DNA of 64,000 nt from Utricularia gibba (lineage: Eukaryota; Plantae; Magnoliophyta). This document shows, piece after piece, positions 34,058 through 47,892 of this stretch. The translations under genes were made by a program, and so were the position numbers. The stretch is from NCBI GenBank assembly GCA_002189035.1, contig NEEC01000004.1, positions 5,603,866 through 5,667,865 on the forward strand, read 5' to 3'. The notes beneath the pieces were generated by a model. The model ran no database searches. It was given only the letters and a program-made list of their open reading frames with translations, and had not been told where the DNA came from. Every line of letters starts with the position of its first letter. Within the stretch, counting starts at the first letter, position 1.

Positions 34058-36725
34058 TCACATAACAAGAGGTCTGAATACTAGTTGCTTGTCCACAAGA
34101 TCAAGAATGCTGCAAGAACCTGTTTTGTTGTTTTGATCTTCATCTTCTGGAGCAACGTTCAAATCAAGCAAAAGCTTATGCCCCATTTTTTCACCGCGGT
34201 CTTCTTCGTCATTCTGGTTTTTATCCACGCTAGAAAATGGAGAAGCAGCACCTCCTAATCCGCAGTTGAAGCGTTCACAGCAAAAAATGACAACAGCATC
34301 CTTGAAATGAACACGCTCACCATTGTCAAGTGGAACGATCCCGTCTTGAATTGCTCTCGTGAAACCTTTAAGAGAACAACGATCAAGTGCATCAACATCT
34401 TCCAAGTAAAATACACGACTAGGATTATCTCGTACAGCATCCAAGAATCTGTCCCAAAGACTTGAACCCTGCTCATTTCGTGACCTCTTACACCTAGAAT
34501 CTTCGGTTGAATCGTCTCTGATTGTTGAGAAATTGCTGAGGCCGATTGACATGAAGTTGTTATAGGAGCCAAACATGGTTTTTGCTAGCTCCCTCGCCAT
34601 GGTTTCTTTGCCATAAGAGTCAGCACCTAAGAAAAAAAACCAACTTTCTTCTCTGTTCTCTACGCTACCCCTTTTGCTCATTTTTACACCAGATCTACTT
34701 CTAATGATTGCAGAAGCAACATCAGGAATGATATCTTTTTGCCATGGAACCTTGTTCTCCAATGCTCTGCAAAGAATTTTCAGGGTATCAGAGTTTCCCT
34801 TGTCAAATTTAAAGGGGATGTCCATGTCTTCGTTTGCTTCACTAGAGGAAGCAGAATTAGGACTAGAACTTGGGTTTGATCGAAGCTCAGGTTTTGAAGA
34901 GGACAAGAACGACGGCACACTAGGTTTGCAAACCTCACCGTCATTTTCATGGAGAAAGACAGGTTGCTCTCTAGGAGGTCGAATGGGCTCAAGTATCTCT
35001 TGCCAGTTCAGAACCATAGATTTTTTTGGGGGATTCGATGATTCTGAGGTGGAGGAAGATCGCGAGTGTGAGGATGTGCATAAACCTTCTTCAAGAAAAT
35101 GATGTTTCTTGTGAGCAGAAGCACAGATTGAGTTCCATTTCATGAACAGATCCCTAAATTTCTGGGATTCCTGCAAAAGCAATCCAACGTCAAATGACAA
35201 CTGTGAATTTTAAGATGTATCATGCATAGGAAATTTCATTTAACCTACATGATCAGCATCGCAATGCACTCGTCTCCTGTCAGCCTTGTATTGTTGCAAC
35301 CATGATGGCAAGCTTGAGCTTGAAGCATTAGGGATGAACTCATGCATCACAGCCTGGGCTTCTTTCTTGAAATTCACTGAACAATCTGAACAGAGCTTAT
35401 GCTTAATTCCATTCTTTCCCCAAAACCAGTTAAAATCATCTGGTTGTTCCAGCTCCTCCTTTACCGTATTACCACTGCAAGCATGGAAATGGAGAAAGAT
35501 TCAAATAACTCACAAAGAAAATTTTCAAGTGACATCACCAGATTACCGGCAAAAGAAATTACTTGTTGAGTCCCAGTCCGAGGCCGAGAGCCAAGCTGCT
35601 GAAGGGTAATCTAAGAAAGTCAAGACTCCAAAGAGCCTCCAGGGACAGCCTTCCTGTTTTACATTTATAATACGTCTGAGATGATGCGATTCCTATGAAC
35701 CAGAGCTTCCTGCTTTCAGCTTCTTCGTTTATGAGCCTGCTAAGCTCCATAACGATGTACTCCACTGGACAGTAGGAAACATCCTGTTGTTCTCCATGCT
35801 CGCACCAGAATCTGGAGATCCAGTCAAGATTCCCCACATACAGAACTACTCCACGACTAATGCAGGATTTTACAAGGGATCTCAGCTCTCCAATTTTTAC
35901 TTCAAATTCATTCCTTGAAATATTTTTCAGGCTGGAAAGGGGAACGCTTATGAATTGCACGTACTTCATGTGAGAAGGAATCATCTCCTTGTTCTCGAAC
36001 TTGCCTATGACCCCTTTCACTAAACTCTCTGCGGTGCCTATGCTTTCACTCACGATGACCATGTTCATTGATTTCTTACTCGCCATGGACTCTAAAACGG
36101 TCATCACATCATCATTGTGATATCTATTCCGTCTTGGGCTGAGGGAAGTCAATGCTGGTGGCATAGTAGTCGCAAATGAGACGTTCGAGTTGTAATCCTT
36201 GGACTGAATCTGCTTATCCGAAGACAAAGCTTGCTCGACATTGGTCTTAACTTGAGTACTGGAAAAACCAGCTTCTCTCATGACCCTGCTCACACTTGGA
36301 TCATCGAGGATGGAGATAATCAGCTGCTCGATCTCAACTTTGGGGGCTAATACATGCTGCTGTTGGTTTTCAACGGAGCCACGGCGCTGGTGTGCCTGAG
36401 CACGCTTAAAGGCTGCAACGAGTGCATTAGAAAGACAAGGAAGATGAGCATTTGGAGGGAGAAGTGGACTAGAGGCACAAGTGGGAAGCCGGTTGAGTGC
36501 AACATTGAAGCAGAGATCAAGGGCTTTGCACTGCAGTGGATGGGAATGCGAATGCAGGCATGCCCCTTTCAGCAGCCCTGTTGATGAAGAAAGCATAGCA
36601 CTCGCTACATGGAGAGGAGTCACTTGCGCATGGCCCCTTCTTCTGGCAAGAGCAACTGCTTGCTTAACAATGGCAGCTGCTTCAAGTGTGAGAGATTGAT
36701 GAAGAGTGTAACCTCCGGTTCTCAT
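34058..36725 (-). CDS. SMXL3: SMAX1-LIKE protein, SMXL3 clade
   Basis: Double Clp-N start MRTGGYTLHQSLT...ARRRGHAQVTPLHVA, HPLQCKALDLCFNVALNRLP, LPSWLQQYK, KVPWQKDIIPDVAS and EAR motif LDLNV. No RGKT degron seen, which fits SMXL3/4/5. Three exons. Confidence 0.9.
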
Positions 36726-38306
36726 TTTGCTTGCGCAACAAGAATTTTCAGCTACACATTTTAAATGAGAATGATGTGGCTCCCCAAGTCTGGTTTAATA
36801 AGAAAAACTGACGAGAGATTTGTGCCTTTCTTGGCGTTGTTAGTTTTGTGTGCTAAAGTTCTCAAAAAACACAACAAAAAAAAAAGAAAAGAAAAAAAAA
36901 GAAAAGAAAAGAAAAGACAAAAGGATATATTGAATGAAAAGTGGATGCCATGTGAGGCGAAGGTATGCTGTTCCTGTGGCTTTTTCTCTTTCTCTCGCTT
37001 CTTGCGCAGAATAAAGATTGATTTGTTGAACGCGAAGTTAGACTGAGTCCCTTTTATGGAAAGCAACAACATTTGATACTGCTGATGACACCCTAAAGCT
37101 CATTTGGGCCCAAAAAAATGTCATTTGGCAACATCTGATCATTCTTTATTCCAAATCTGCCAACAAAGAGTGACAGCATGAGGAAGGGAACACATGAGCA
37201 CCAGTTGAAGCAAGGGAAATAAGATGCTGGCTTTGTCTTTTAAATGTCGGTTTGTATTAGCGAGATTTGCATTAACTTGAGATATTGTGCCTCCACACAT
37301 CTCCCTCTCTCTCATTCTTTTTCAGTTTGAAACAAAAAGCCATTCCATGGTTGATTGATGGAATAAAGAGCTTAAAGCAGCAAGCTTTTCCATCATGCTT
37401 CAAGTGTTTTATTTCATGAAAAATGACCATAATCATGTTCGTCCGTGTTCTTATGTATAACAGTGCAACTGTAAATGGTAAATACAATTTATGCACTTGC
37501 AGGTGTCAATGGATTACACAGTGCCAACATTTTGATTTATGGGACTGAATTATAAATAAAATGTCACACAAGTGTTCATCGTGTTTCTATTCAGATTTGT
37601 ACCCCATATGATTGAAAATGTTCCTGGAAATGCTGCTGCTGCAATAATAATAAGAATAAGAATAATAGTAATAGTGATAATAATGTACTAAATAAATTAA
37701 CCTGATAACACCACGAAATAGATTCTAGGCAATCCTCACCGGTTTCATCGCCTTTTTTTTCAGTTAGCGGTGATTGTTTTTTTTTCAGCTTCATAGTTCT
37801 GTTCATAGTTTTTTTTTTTTTTTGATGTGTTATTGGTTGTTATAGGTTGGTTAACCATCTGGTTGGTTAATTCTGTTTTGGTTATGGGACAGTGTTGCCC
37901 AGATTTGAACTAATTGGAAAGTATGATTCGCTTTTTTGTGTCTATGTTTCATTGAGAAAGAAAAGATACGCCATGGCTCCCATGAATTGCTTGTGGTGCT
38001 ATGCTGAATGTGGTGTGTTTTCTTTTCGTGTCTGTAAACTACATTAATCATGGATTACAATCAAAATATTGAGGAAAGATATCATGTTGCCTCAGAGATA
38101 GCCTTCTCCTACCTCCAGAATGAGCCGAATGACACTGTTATACTCGTATACTTGGAATCATAAGCACACACACACAAAGAAAACTATGCTGAAGTATGTG
38201 GGATACAGGCCCTTGATGCGTGTTGTTTCCAACATATTTCCTTTGAAAATTTCGTGCCTTATTTATTTATTTATCCGATAGTAGCTTTGTTGGGAGGGAT
38301 CTCACC

Positions 38307-39487
38307 ATGGCCGAGAGTCATGAGAATGATAAGAATATTCAAATACGGAAGATCAAAAAATTGATTAAGGCTCCAGAGAATTAGTACTAGCATGATTTCA
38401 CTCATCATTCCACCTGGTGATCAAATAGCACGTGTGACTAAGATGCTTGCTGAAGAGTATGGCAGTGCTTCAAATATCAAGAGCAGGGTAAATCTTTAGT
38501 GTGTGCTTGGTGCCATTACTTCTGCTCAGCAGAAACTTAAACTGTATAAGAAGGTTCCTCTTGCTAATGGCCTGGTGCTATACATTCGAACTAAAGTAAC
38601 AGAAGATGGAAAAGAAAGAAAGATGACATTCGACTTCGCTCCCTTCAAGCCCATAAATGTTTCCACACGGAGCCCTTGAGTCAGCTCTTGGAATCTGATG
38701 AGAAGTTAGGCTTTATGGTTATGGATGGCAACTGGACCCTTTTTGGGACCTTAAGTGGCAACACCAGGGAGGTGCTGCACAAATTCACAGTTGATCTTCC
38801 CAAGAAACACGGAAGAGGTGGACAGTCAGCTCTTCGATTTGCGGGTCTTTGAATGGAGAAGCGGCACAACTATGTGAGAAAAACTGCTGAACTAGCGACT
38901 CAGTTTTTCATAAACCCTGTTACTGTTACTGGTCAGCCCAAAACATCAGGCCTAGCACTTGCTGGATCAGCTGATTCCAAGACTGAACTAAGTCAGTCAG
39001 CTATGTTCGATCCTGGCCTGCAGGCCAAGATATTAAATGTTGTTGATGCTGCTTATGGAGGGGAAAATGGTTTCAACCAGGCCTTTGAGTTATCTGCTGA
39101 TATTCTTTCCAACGTGATGTTTATCCAAGAGAAGCGCTTTTTTGAAGAAATCAGTCAAGACACAAATGCATTTTTAGCGTGGACACATTAAAAGCTTTGG
39201 AGATGGGAGCTGAGGAAACATTGCTAGTGTGGGAAAACTTGGACGGAAACACTCTCAAAAACAGCCACGGGAGCAGAATTCTGCTGGTTTAGGAGAAGAA
39301 GCCATTACTGGAATGGTTTGCCGAAGAGTGCAGAAATTTTGGGTGCCCTCTTGAGTTTTTGACAAATCGGTCTCAAGAGGGTTCTCAGTTCTGCCGTGGT
39401 TTTGGTGGCATCCCTCGTTACCAGGTCGACATTCGCTCCTATGATGAATCATCTGATGAAGGAGAATATGATGTTGATTCAGATTAG
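38307..39487 (+). pseudogene. eRF1: Eukaryotic release factor 1 pseudogene (full length but decayed, no CDS introns)
   Basis: Recognisable [42 protein letters not shown] and GSQFCRGFGGI. In-frame stops at 38382, 38497, 38850 and 39290, at least 3 frameshifts and several deletions. Confidence 0.95.
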
Positions 39488-40503
39488 GTTGAGTTGCGAT
39501 GCCATTTTCAACCATGTAACTTCACCATCGGCATGCTGCATATTAGTTTGTGCGTTATATACAACCAATTCGGTGCACCTCGTCGTAGCGCTTCCGGTTT
39601 AAACTGAACTGTGTTTTTTCTTTTTGAAGTATATGCCATACTGACTTTTCTTGTGTTACGTGCAATGAAAACTTGGCCGAATTTACTCAGACTTCTATGT
39701 TTGTGCTGCTAGAAATGACAAAAGTTGAGACTACGCGAAGGCCAGAAGCCATGCCTGCTGCTTCTGGATGTGTTCATATATAAATAAATCCATGTGTCTG
39801 CCGCTGCTCTACTTTTCTTTTCATAATGCAGAGTTGGTAGCTTTTTAAAATCTGCTTACCATGTCATGCTGCAAGATGCAGGAGGCCATTCAATACTCTT
39901 GTATGTCAAAAGGCAAGTGTCAGAAGTGAACAGGCTATTCTGTTTTCTTTTTGTATATTATGTGTGCAACTCATTTTTGAGTGAATTTGAACGATGTGAG
40001 TTATCATGTCAACCAATCTCCAAGCAAAACAGAATTTACAAACAGCTGCTCGCTGGAACCTCTTTTACAGTCGTCTGAACAGAATGGAAACGATAAAAAT
40101 AGCATTCTGCGGGAGACTCCGACTCACCCCTGTCGCTCCTTCCTTTAAATTAAAGGCACGCTCCTCCTTCAATCTTTCGCATCATGATTGCAATTGCAGA
40201 AAATTAATTTTCAGTTATCCTGGTCCCTTCCCCTTCCCTTTCTCTTCACTTCACTTCTCACAGCAGCCACACCAGCGTCTCTTCTCATTTAGTGCAGCAT
40301 AGTACGGAGCGCGTCATTAAGTATGCTGGCTGCATATCATCTCCCCAATCCCCATGCTGGGTTTTGGATGGAAAACTCGTTGTGACTTGTGAGACCTTTT
40401 GGGAACTGCTGTGGCATGTTAGATTACAACAATGACAAAAAAAAAAAAAAAGAAAAAAGAAAAAAAGAAGGAAAGGTTGCAGAGCTCCCCACCCTATGCT
40501 CAA

Positions 40504-41295
40504 CTAGGATTGTATGGTGCTGTGGTGTTGTTCATGAATTACACGAAAGCCTTGTTGGGATGATGGAGAAAGATGGGAAGAGAAAGAAGAAGCTGCAGAG
40601 GAGTAAGGTGTCAAATCTGAAGAGCATAAAGAGGTTTGAGATACTGTAGACGCCACCAAACCAAGGAGCAAATCCATAAATGCAGAAACTATGTATCCAT
40701 GATTTGCCTTCCTATTCCTGTGCAGGTACCATCCTAAGAGCTGTTCAAGACGTTCCCAGTCTCCTCCAAGTCCATGGCACTCCACCATTTCTTGCATCGA
40801 AATCTTGAAGTCCAAATAAGGGTCTGCTGACTCCAGCACCAACGCCATACTTCCCTTGTTAATGAACCCCAAGTCAGAAGAGGAGTAGGCGCCTGCTACT
40901 GCTTCCTTTTTCAGGATGGAGGAGCTCCTGCTTGTGTCCCCTGGCTCAAAAAACAGCCTCTCTGAGGACCTTCCTTCGCGGATGATTGTCTCCAAAGGCA
41001 ATGGCTCGCAGTCTTCTTCTTCATTCTTCTTGCTACCACTAGCAATACCATACCTTGACAAGTTACTACTGGAGGAGGATCTGGTGAACCAAGAATCAGA
41101 GGTTTCTTGGGCATCCGAGGCTTCAACAAAAGCCCTCTCGAAAACGGGCTTCTTGCCTTCATTGGCTCGAAATGAAAGGGTTTTAGGATTATTACATGAG
41201 GAGGGCCACCGCCATGCATGATGATGATGATGGTGATGATGCTTGGCCCCTCTGCTGTTCCTGAAGATTGAAGGGAGCTTCATTTTCTTCGACAT
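40504..41295 (-). CDS. OFP13: OVATE family protein, OFP13-like, intronless
   Basis: MSKKMKLPSIF, PKTLSFR, SERLFFEPG and OVATE domain ESADPYLDFKISMQEMV...WERLEQLLGWYLHRN...IVSAFMDLL. Contains a His7 tract. Confidence 0.88.
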   Translation of the reverse strand: MSKKMKLPSIFRNSRGAKHHHHHHHHAWRWPSSCNNPKTLSFRANEGKKPVFERAFVEASDAQETSDSWFTRSSSSSNLSRYGIASGSKKNEEEDCEPLPLETIIREGRSSERLFFEPGDTSRSSSILKKEAVAGAYSSSDLGFINKGSMALVLESADPYLDFKISMQEMVECHGLGGDWERLEQLLGWYLHRNRKANHGYIVSAFMDLLLGLVASTVSQTSLCSSDLTPYSSAASSFSSHLSPSSQQGFRVIHEQHHSTIQS

Positions 41296-42461
41296 CTCCT
41301 TCCTCTCTGTCTTCCTGTTTGTATCTTGTGGAACGTATTAGGTGGGAGAAACAGGCTGTGAGAATTATTATCAATCCATATTTATACATATGACAACAAG
41401 AGAACAGATGAGACGTGGAGGAGTGGAGTAGGATGATTTTAACTGGTACTGCTAGGCCCTCGTTTCATGCATCTGTTAAATCAGTGATTCAAGAATTTAT
41501 TGTATTGATTAATGGCATCCTACCCCACAGGAAAGGAGAGAAGCACCGTAATAAATACTGATTGCAGGCAGATATGCATCACGCATTTACACACACAATT
41601 TGTACAGTTGTGAATAGATAAATGCGCGTTGCTTTTTACATGATACACGCCACAGTCACCACAAGTTCGTAGTGTAATGAGGTGATGGGATGGTAAATGG
41701 ATTCATTCTCAACGTCAACGTCGTCCTCAAACTCAATTATAGAACACATTAGCGGAGCGGCGGATCAGAGAAGCGGTTGAAGTATTTACGCCCCATGGCC
41801 AAAATGGACAAGTGAAAGTAAAAGCACAAATGCCAATAAGATGATGAAAGCCAAAATTCCACCTGACCTCACTGCATTACTCTTCTTCCTTCTTTAATAG
41901 GATTTGAATGCACCAATGGTTGGTTTTTAAGTTTTAGGGTGTAGAGAGCATTTGATATTCAGCAGGTACCAATAAATGCATGCCTGTGCCTGTATACCAG
42001 AAATTAGTTGACAGAATAATTTTGTCTCAGGATAACATTTACTCACTACAACGACCTCTTAATCGTTGGCCCAAATTCAATGTAATTGACAAACAACCTG
42101 TAATGTATGGAGCGAGTGATCGTGTGGTATGGAAGCATCCAAAGATGAAATGTTTTTTGTCTACAATCTAACAATAATTCATATGGTTTAATGCAGAGAA
42201 GACATGCCACACTTACTCGGGTCTAGGGGCATTCGATCAATGGGATATAATTGATGCAAATAAAAACAACAATCATTAGAAAGAAGATATCATTATTCTG
42301 ATGCTGTACCACCACCAGCACAAACAGATGGCGCTGGTATAGACTTCCAGCAAACGTAACTTTTCAGTCGGACTCGTTTCTTAATCTACATTATCTCTTT
42401 ATACATTCTACCCAACTTAGTTTTATTCTTCTTACGAACGGATGCTAGACGAGGAAATAAA

Positions 42462-45400
42462 CTAAACCTCCGAATCAAATATGATTCCATCTTGGTCATC
42501 GCTTTTTCCAAAGCTGAAGTTGTCGTGTTCGTCGTAAGAATCCTCCACGAATCCATCTTCGTGTTCACTATCATCAGAAATGACCTTTAGAGTTTGCTGT
42601 GAATTCCAATCGGGTGGGAAGATCTTCTGCAGAGCTTCTGTTATCCCACCACCACCCCTTTCAATCTTGCGCAGGCACTTTGACCAGTGAACTGCAGTGC
42701 CCATGTCCACGGTTATCCCATGTTCTACCATCTCTTCGCTTAATTTGAGGATTCCATGGAAAATATAGTCTTCAGCAACGGCAGCCCGTGACAATAATGA
42801 TGTCATCAGACAATGATATACAGCTTTGTCAGGCTTTAATCCCTCCTGCTTCATGTCCTCGAAGCACTTCAAGGCCTTCTCAGGGAGGGCGGCTCTGGAC
42901 CATCCATGTATGAGTGTAGTGTACGTCTTGATATTCGCCTTCACTCCAAGAGACTCCATCTCTTCAATAGTCTTCACTGCCCTCTGAAGGAATAAAATAG
43001 GATCAAGTACGCAACAGAAGTTAGTGAGAAAACAGCCAAGGTACGTGCATGGCACCAAAGAGTATCACAACAATGAGACAGATACTGAAAGTAGCCTTGG
43101 TATTCCAGCATGTCTAATTTTAAATTTACCATCATATCTCCAGCTTTACAACAAGCATTCACAAAAGATGTGTATGTATGGATGTCAGGTTGCACCCCTT
43201 CTTGCCTCATTTGCTGCATCAAATCTGCAGCCTCCCAAACATCACCTCGACGTGCCCATCTGTGGAAGAAAAATCAAGATGGCTACAAGAATATAGCAGC
43301 AGTTATTTCATCATACCAGACTTGAAAATAAAGGGCACTACCCATCAATTAATATATTGTAGATAAAAGTGTTCCTGGGTATCTTCTGCGCCTTCATCTC
43401 CTTTGTCACAGCTAAAGCACTTTGCATCCTCCCTGCCTTACAACACGCCTTGAGTAAGGCCTCATACATGTAAACATCAACCTCAAGATCCTCATTTTTT
43501 AATTTAGAGAAGTACTCGAACGCATTGGCTGTGTCTCCCAATGAAGCATAACCATGCATAATGGTTGTGTATGTATGTTCATTTGGCCTAATAGAAGCAA
43601 GTAGCATTTCATCTAGTATATGCACAGCCTTCTCCATCTGCACGAAGGAAGACATTACAAAATAAATAAATAGTATAAAATAATAGGACAAGCTTGTTAA
43701 AGAAATATCAAGTTTCGGATTATGATAATTTAAATGAAGTTAACCTGACGCTTTTCAACAAGGCCAAGTATCAAGGCATTGTATGTTTGAACAGTGGGAA
43801 CGCATCCGCTTGTCCTCATCATGTCAAATACCTCGAGAGCTCTCCTCATTTCTCCAGCTCTTGCAAAAGAATGAATAATAGGCATAAATGTCCGTGGTGT
43901 CGGCCTATGCCTCTGTTTTTTCATTTCTTCCACAATGGAAATAGCTCGCTCCATGTTGCCCATGCCACAGAATGCTTTTATAATGTTGTTGTAGAGAATG
44001 ACATCAGGCTTTAAGCCCTCACGGATCACATCCTCAAATATCGAAAAAGCATTCGCCCAATCTTTCAAACCAATGAAACCATTAATCAACATCGAATATG
44101 TCTTCATGTTATGCATTATTCCGGTCTGTTTCATCAAGTCACTGATTTCTATAGCCTTAGAAACTTTTCCTATCTTTGTATAAAGATTGATGAGACATCC
44201 ATATGTAACTATTGAAGGGACAAATCCGCATTCCTACAAGGAAAAAAATGTCATTAAGTCACGCCTGGAGAAGGGAAAAAGGAAAAGAGCAAGTGTTGCC
44301 AATATAACAGAATAAAGTGTATTTAGAAAGAAGACATTCTGCAGTAACACAACTTGTCCTCATGGAGTTTAGAACGCCATGCTCTATGTTCAGTAATTTT
44401 ACCTTGAGCCTATTAAAAACCATCAGACACTTCTCTTCGTTCCGTATCATAGTATACCCATCCATCATTGTGTGATAAATATCAATTGGAGCATCTATAC
44501 CATTTTCTTCCATATCCCTTATCAAAGCTTCAGCATGCTTCATATGACCTGCTTGGCTGCATCAATTTCAAAAAATATTCTTATCTCCTGGGAAGCCATG
44601 AAAAACCAAGATCAAATTAATGAAATGAAAAAACTGTACTCATATATTGCACGACAACCCACCAATATGCATATATCATACTCCCATATATGACTCCATT
44701 CAGAACTTTCAGATTCTCCCTGGCTTCCTTAAACCAACTCTCCGCAGCCCTTCCAGAAAAGTACAAAGAAACAATACGGCAGAGGAAGTTCGTTGAGGAT
44801 ATAAAACAGCAAAAGGTTGATCACAAAAAAAGGCATTAACAAGTCCACACATCCAATGTAGATGCATTACGGTGTTGCTTACTCAACATTTCCAATTTTC
44901 GCAAAACCTCCAACTAGTATACTGTATGTGACCAAGCTCATCTCAATGCCTTCATCTGTCATCTTCTTTGCACATAATAATGCTTCTTCCATGTCTCTTC
45001 CCATGGCATACGCATGAATCAGACTGCATGCAAAGAGTGAACATTATAGGGCTGCCCCCTTTAATCCGTACAAGTTTGTGAGAGAGAATCAGACACTTTT
45101 GGGTGGCGGTTATGCAACAGTATTGCTAGATTCTACCACGGTGGAATGACACAGCTCAACATCTTCGAAAGGGTCAAAGACAAAAAAATCTTTGAAGAGA
45201 TACAACTAACATAGAAGCTTTACTTTGTATACACGTGAAGAGTTGGCTCGATCCCACGAGACCGCATTTTCTCGAAGGTTTCACGCGCACGGTGCATATC
45301 TCCCCGCCTTGCATAATAGTTCACCATCAACCCAAATTCTTTTCGAGAGGGCTATAAAAATGAGAACAGGGGAAAGTGGATTGAGTAAAAGTACCAAAGG

Positions 45401-46342
45401 CGCCATTAGCAATACCAGCATAATATCCATATGATGACAAAAGGCATGATGGAAAGACAAAATATTTACCTTCTTAATCCTCTCAAAAGCTTGCACAACT
45501 GCCTGCCAATTCTCGGGTTGAGATTCCAACACATTCCGGAATTCCCTTCTTGATTCTTCCCTCTCGTCATGCCACACTGACCTTTGTTCGTACCCCATGC
45601 CATCTTTGTTTTCTACCCACCGCGCTCTCTCTGCATATTTCCCCTTCATTCTCTTGCCATTATCCAGCTGTACTGTTAACACCCTCCCGTGAAAATCCAC
45701 GCCATCAAACTCAACCGCCTTCATGGCAGCCTTTTCAGCCGTGCTCCCGCTGTATATGACGAACCCAAAACCTCTATTCCGCTCTACCTCATCATAGCCC
45801 TTAATCAGAATCACATTCTTTATGGGTCCAAACTGCCTGAAAAACTCTGCCACCTCATTTTTCTTAATCCAGAGAGGTAAGTTCCCCACAAATATCTTCC
45901 CCTTTTCCCTGAAGTTCATTTCCTCATCACTTTCGTCACCATTATAGTCAGAAGAATCATCTTCCACCGCATTTGTATGATCTTGGTCTGGCAAGGATGT
46001 AAGCGTTGCGGGTTGCGGAAGAGGGGGTTGAGGTGAGAGTTTACTCGATAAACGTAGCTTACTACTCAGTGGATCGCGAGACGCGCTTTGACTGCTTTTG
46101 GAGTCAAACAGTTTCTTAAAGGGATTGGTATAATTAGATGAAGGTAAATTCGTATCCAGAGGTTTATGAGAAGCCGGGCGGTGGATGTCGGAGGAGGCAT
46201 GACCACCAGAACAATCCTGGGAGGGTGATGAAGCGTGAACTAATGAGGCAAAGTCAGGGGGGATGTGGTATCTACCAGCGGTAGAGAAGAGCGGGGGTGA
46301 CTTCGCAAAATGCATTACTGAGGACAGAAAGAACCCGTCCAT
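42462..46342 (-). CDS. PPR4: Chloroplast RRM-PPR protein PPR4 (plastid rps12 trans-splicing factor)
   Basis: Transit peptide, RRM (KIFVGNLP...RGFGFVIY), then a long P-type PPR tract over in-phase exons, ending GITEALQKIFPPDWN. This RRM+PPR architecture matches PPR4. Confidence 0.93.
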
Positions 46343-47892
46343 GGCGTTTAAAAAACCTCTTATTTGCTCTACCTTCCTTTCCTTTCCTAACCTAAAAAAG
46401 CCAGAATGACAAGAAGAAGAAGGAGAACTATGGTCTAAAGGGGTTACCTTCCAATTCAGAATGTATTCCTAGCTGTGAATTCCAAAGACGTATATTAGTT
46501 TGGCGAGCAACACGGAGATGAGGCGGTGTTGGCGGACTCCGGTGTCTGTGACTGGATTGAAATGAACAGGAAATCCGAATCGGCCGCACAGATAGGGTAT
46601 CAAGCACGAGTAACATAGGGATTAGGGATGAAGCGGTGGTGGTGGTCCGGTGGAGCTGGGGTCTGGTCTGGACCGGGTGGATAGGAAATCCGAATCGGCC
46701 GCACAGTCAAGGACTCAAGGGTACAAGGCTGTTTTTTTTTTTTTTTTTTTCCATAGGAGGGCATAAGGGTGTTGGGCCAAGTACTTAATATGTTTGGGCA
46801 AATTTATTCCATTTTCTACCTACTTTTCACGGACAAAACTCGTTAGGGGTAGATTTTCTGTTTACTTTAGTTCTATTATATGCCATGGTAGACGGAATTC
46901 GAAGCAGCAGCGTATGGGATGAAAAACCTAGACCATGACTTGATCAACTCATTCCTCCCACTAGCTTTGATTTCCTTCTGATTAGCCACCTGCTCGTGAC
47001 GCACAGTCGCTCAAACCTGGTCTCTTTACTTCGCTTCTATTTTTTCAGCAAGTTAACCCGTAAATTTGAGGTGGGCACCCGCTTCATATATGGGCCAGCA
47101 CAGTCGTCTAATAGGGACCCGCGGCCTAGTGTACCAAGCACCCAAGCGCTAGAGATGTATTTCTTAAATCTACATGGATTTTTTACTGGCCCGCGTCTTT
47201 GTTTAATCAGGCCTCACACTTGAGGCTCGTGGGCCAAGTTCCGACGGCGTATTTCTTTTGGGTGCAACCTGCCAAAATTTTTTTGGCTGTTTTCTCTATC
47301 TATGTTTTTTGTTTTTTCTTGAGGTAGGGGAAAGGAAGCGACCACGCCGAGGGCATCTGTCTATCTTGCCGCCGGAGGAGCAAAATTGACCACTATTAGT
47401 CATTCCCCGAGGTTGAAAAATTTGTTGGAGATCCAGTTACGATTTCAGAAGGTTATGAATTCATGTTTCATGGATTATCCGTTTTTGCTCTATTTTACAA
47501 GCCCCTTTTTTCTGTTTTCTTGTTGATGTGAAAAAGCCCACGATTTGTGACAGAACTTACTCATCTTAGTTGTTGAGATCATTGTTAGCGCAAGACTTTT
47601 TTTCTCAATTTTGTTAATCATTGATCGTAAAAGGTTAATGATATTTTCTCGGCTAAGTTACTGTGTTTGCATCAATATTGATGGATGCAGTACCCGTGGG
47701 TCATTCTAACCTGTTCTTTACATTCTTTTTTTTTTAATTACCTCTGATTTTAATTGGATTGCCCTGTGTGTTCAACACCGGAAGAATAGCTGTTACCTGA
47801 TTTTAGTTCACATTTTGTTTGTGACGAAACTTGTGAATTGTTAATCACAATTTGGATATGCATGCGTGTGCATTGATTCAGGGTTTTCGGAA

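Noticed and set aside
40911-41221. Antisense and alternative-frame ORFs over the OFP gene
   Set aside because: Shadow ORFs of an intronless CDS.
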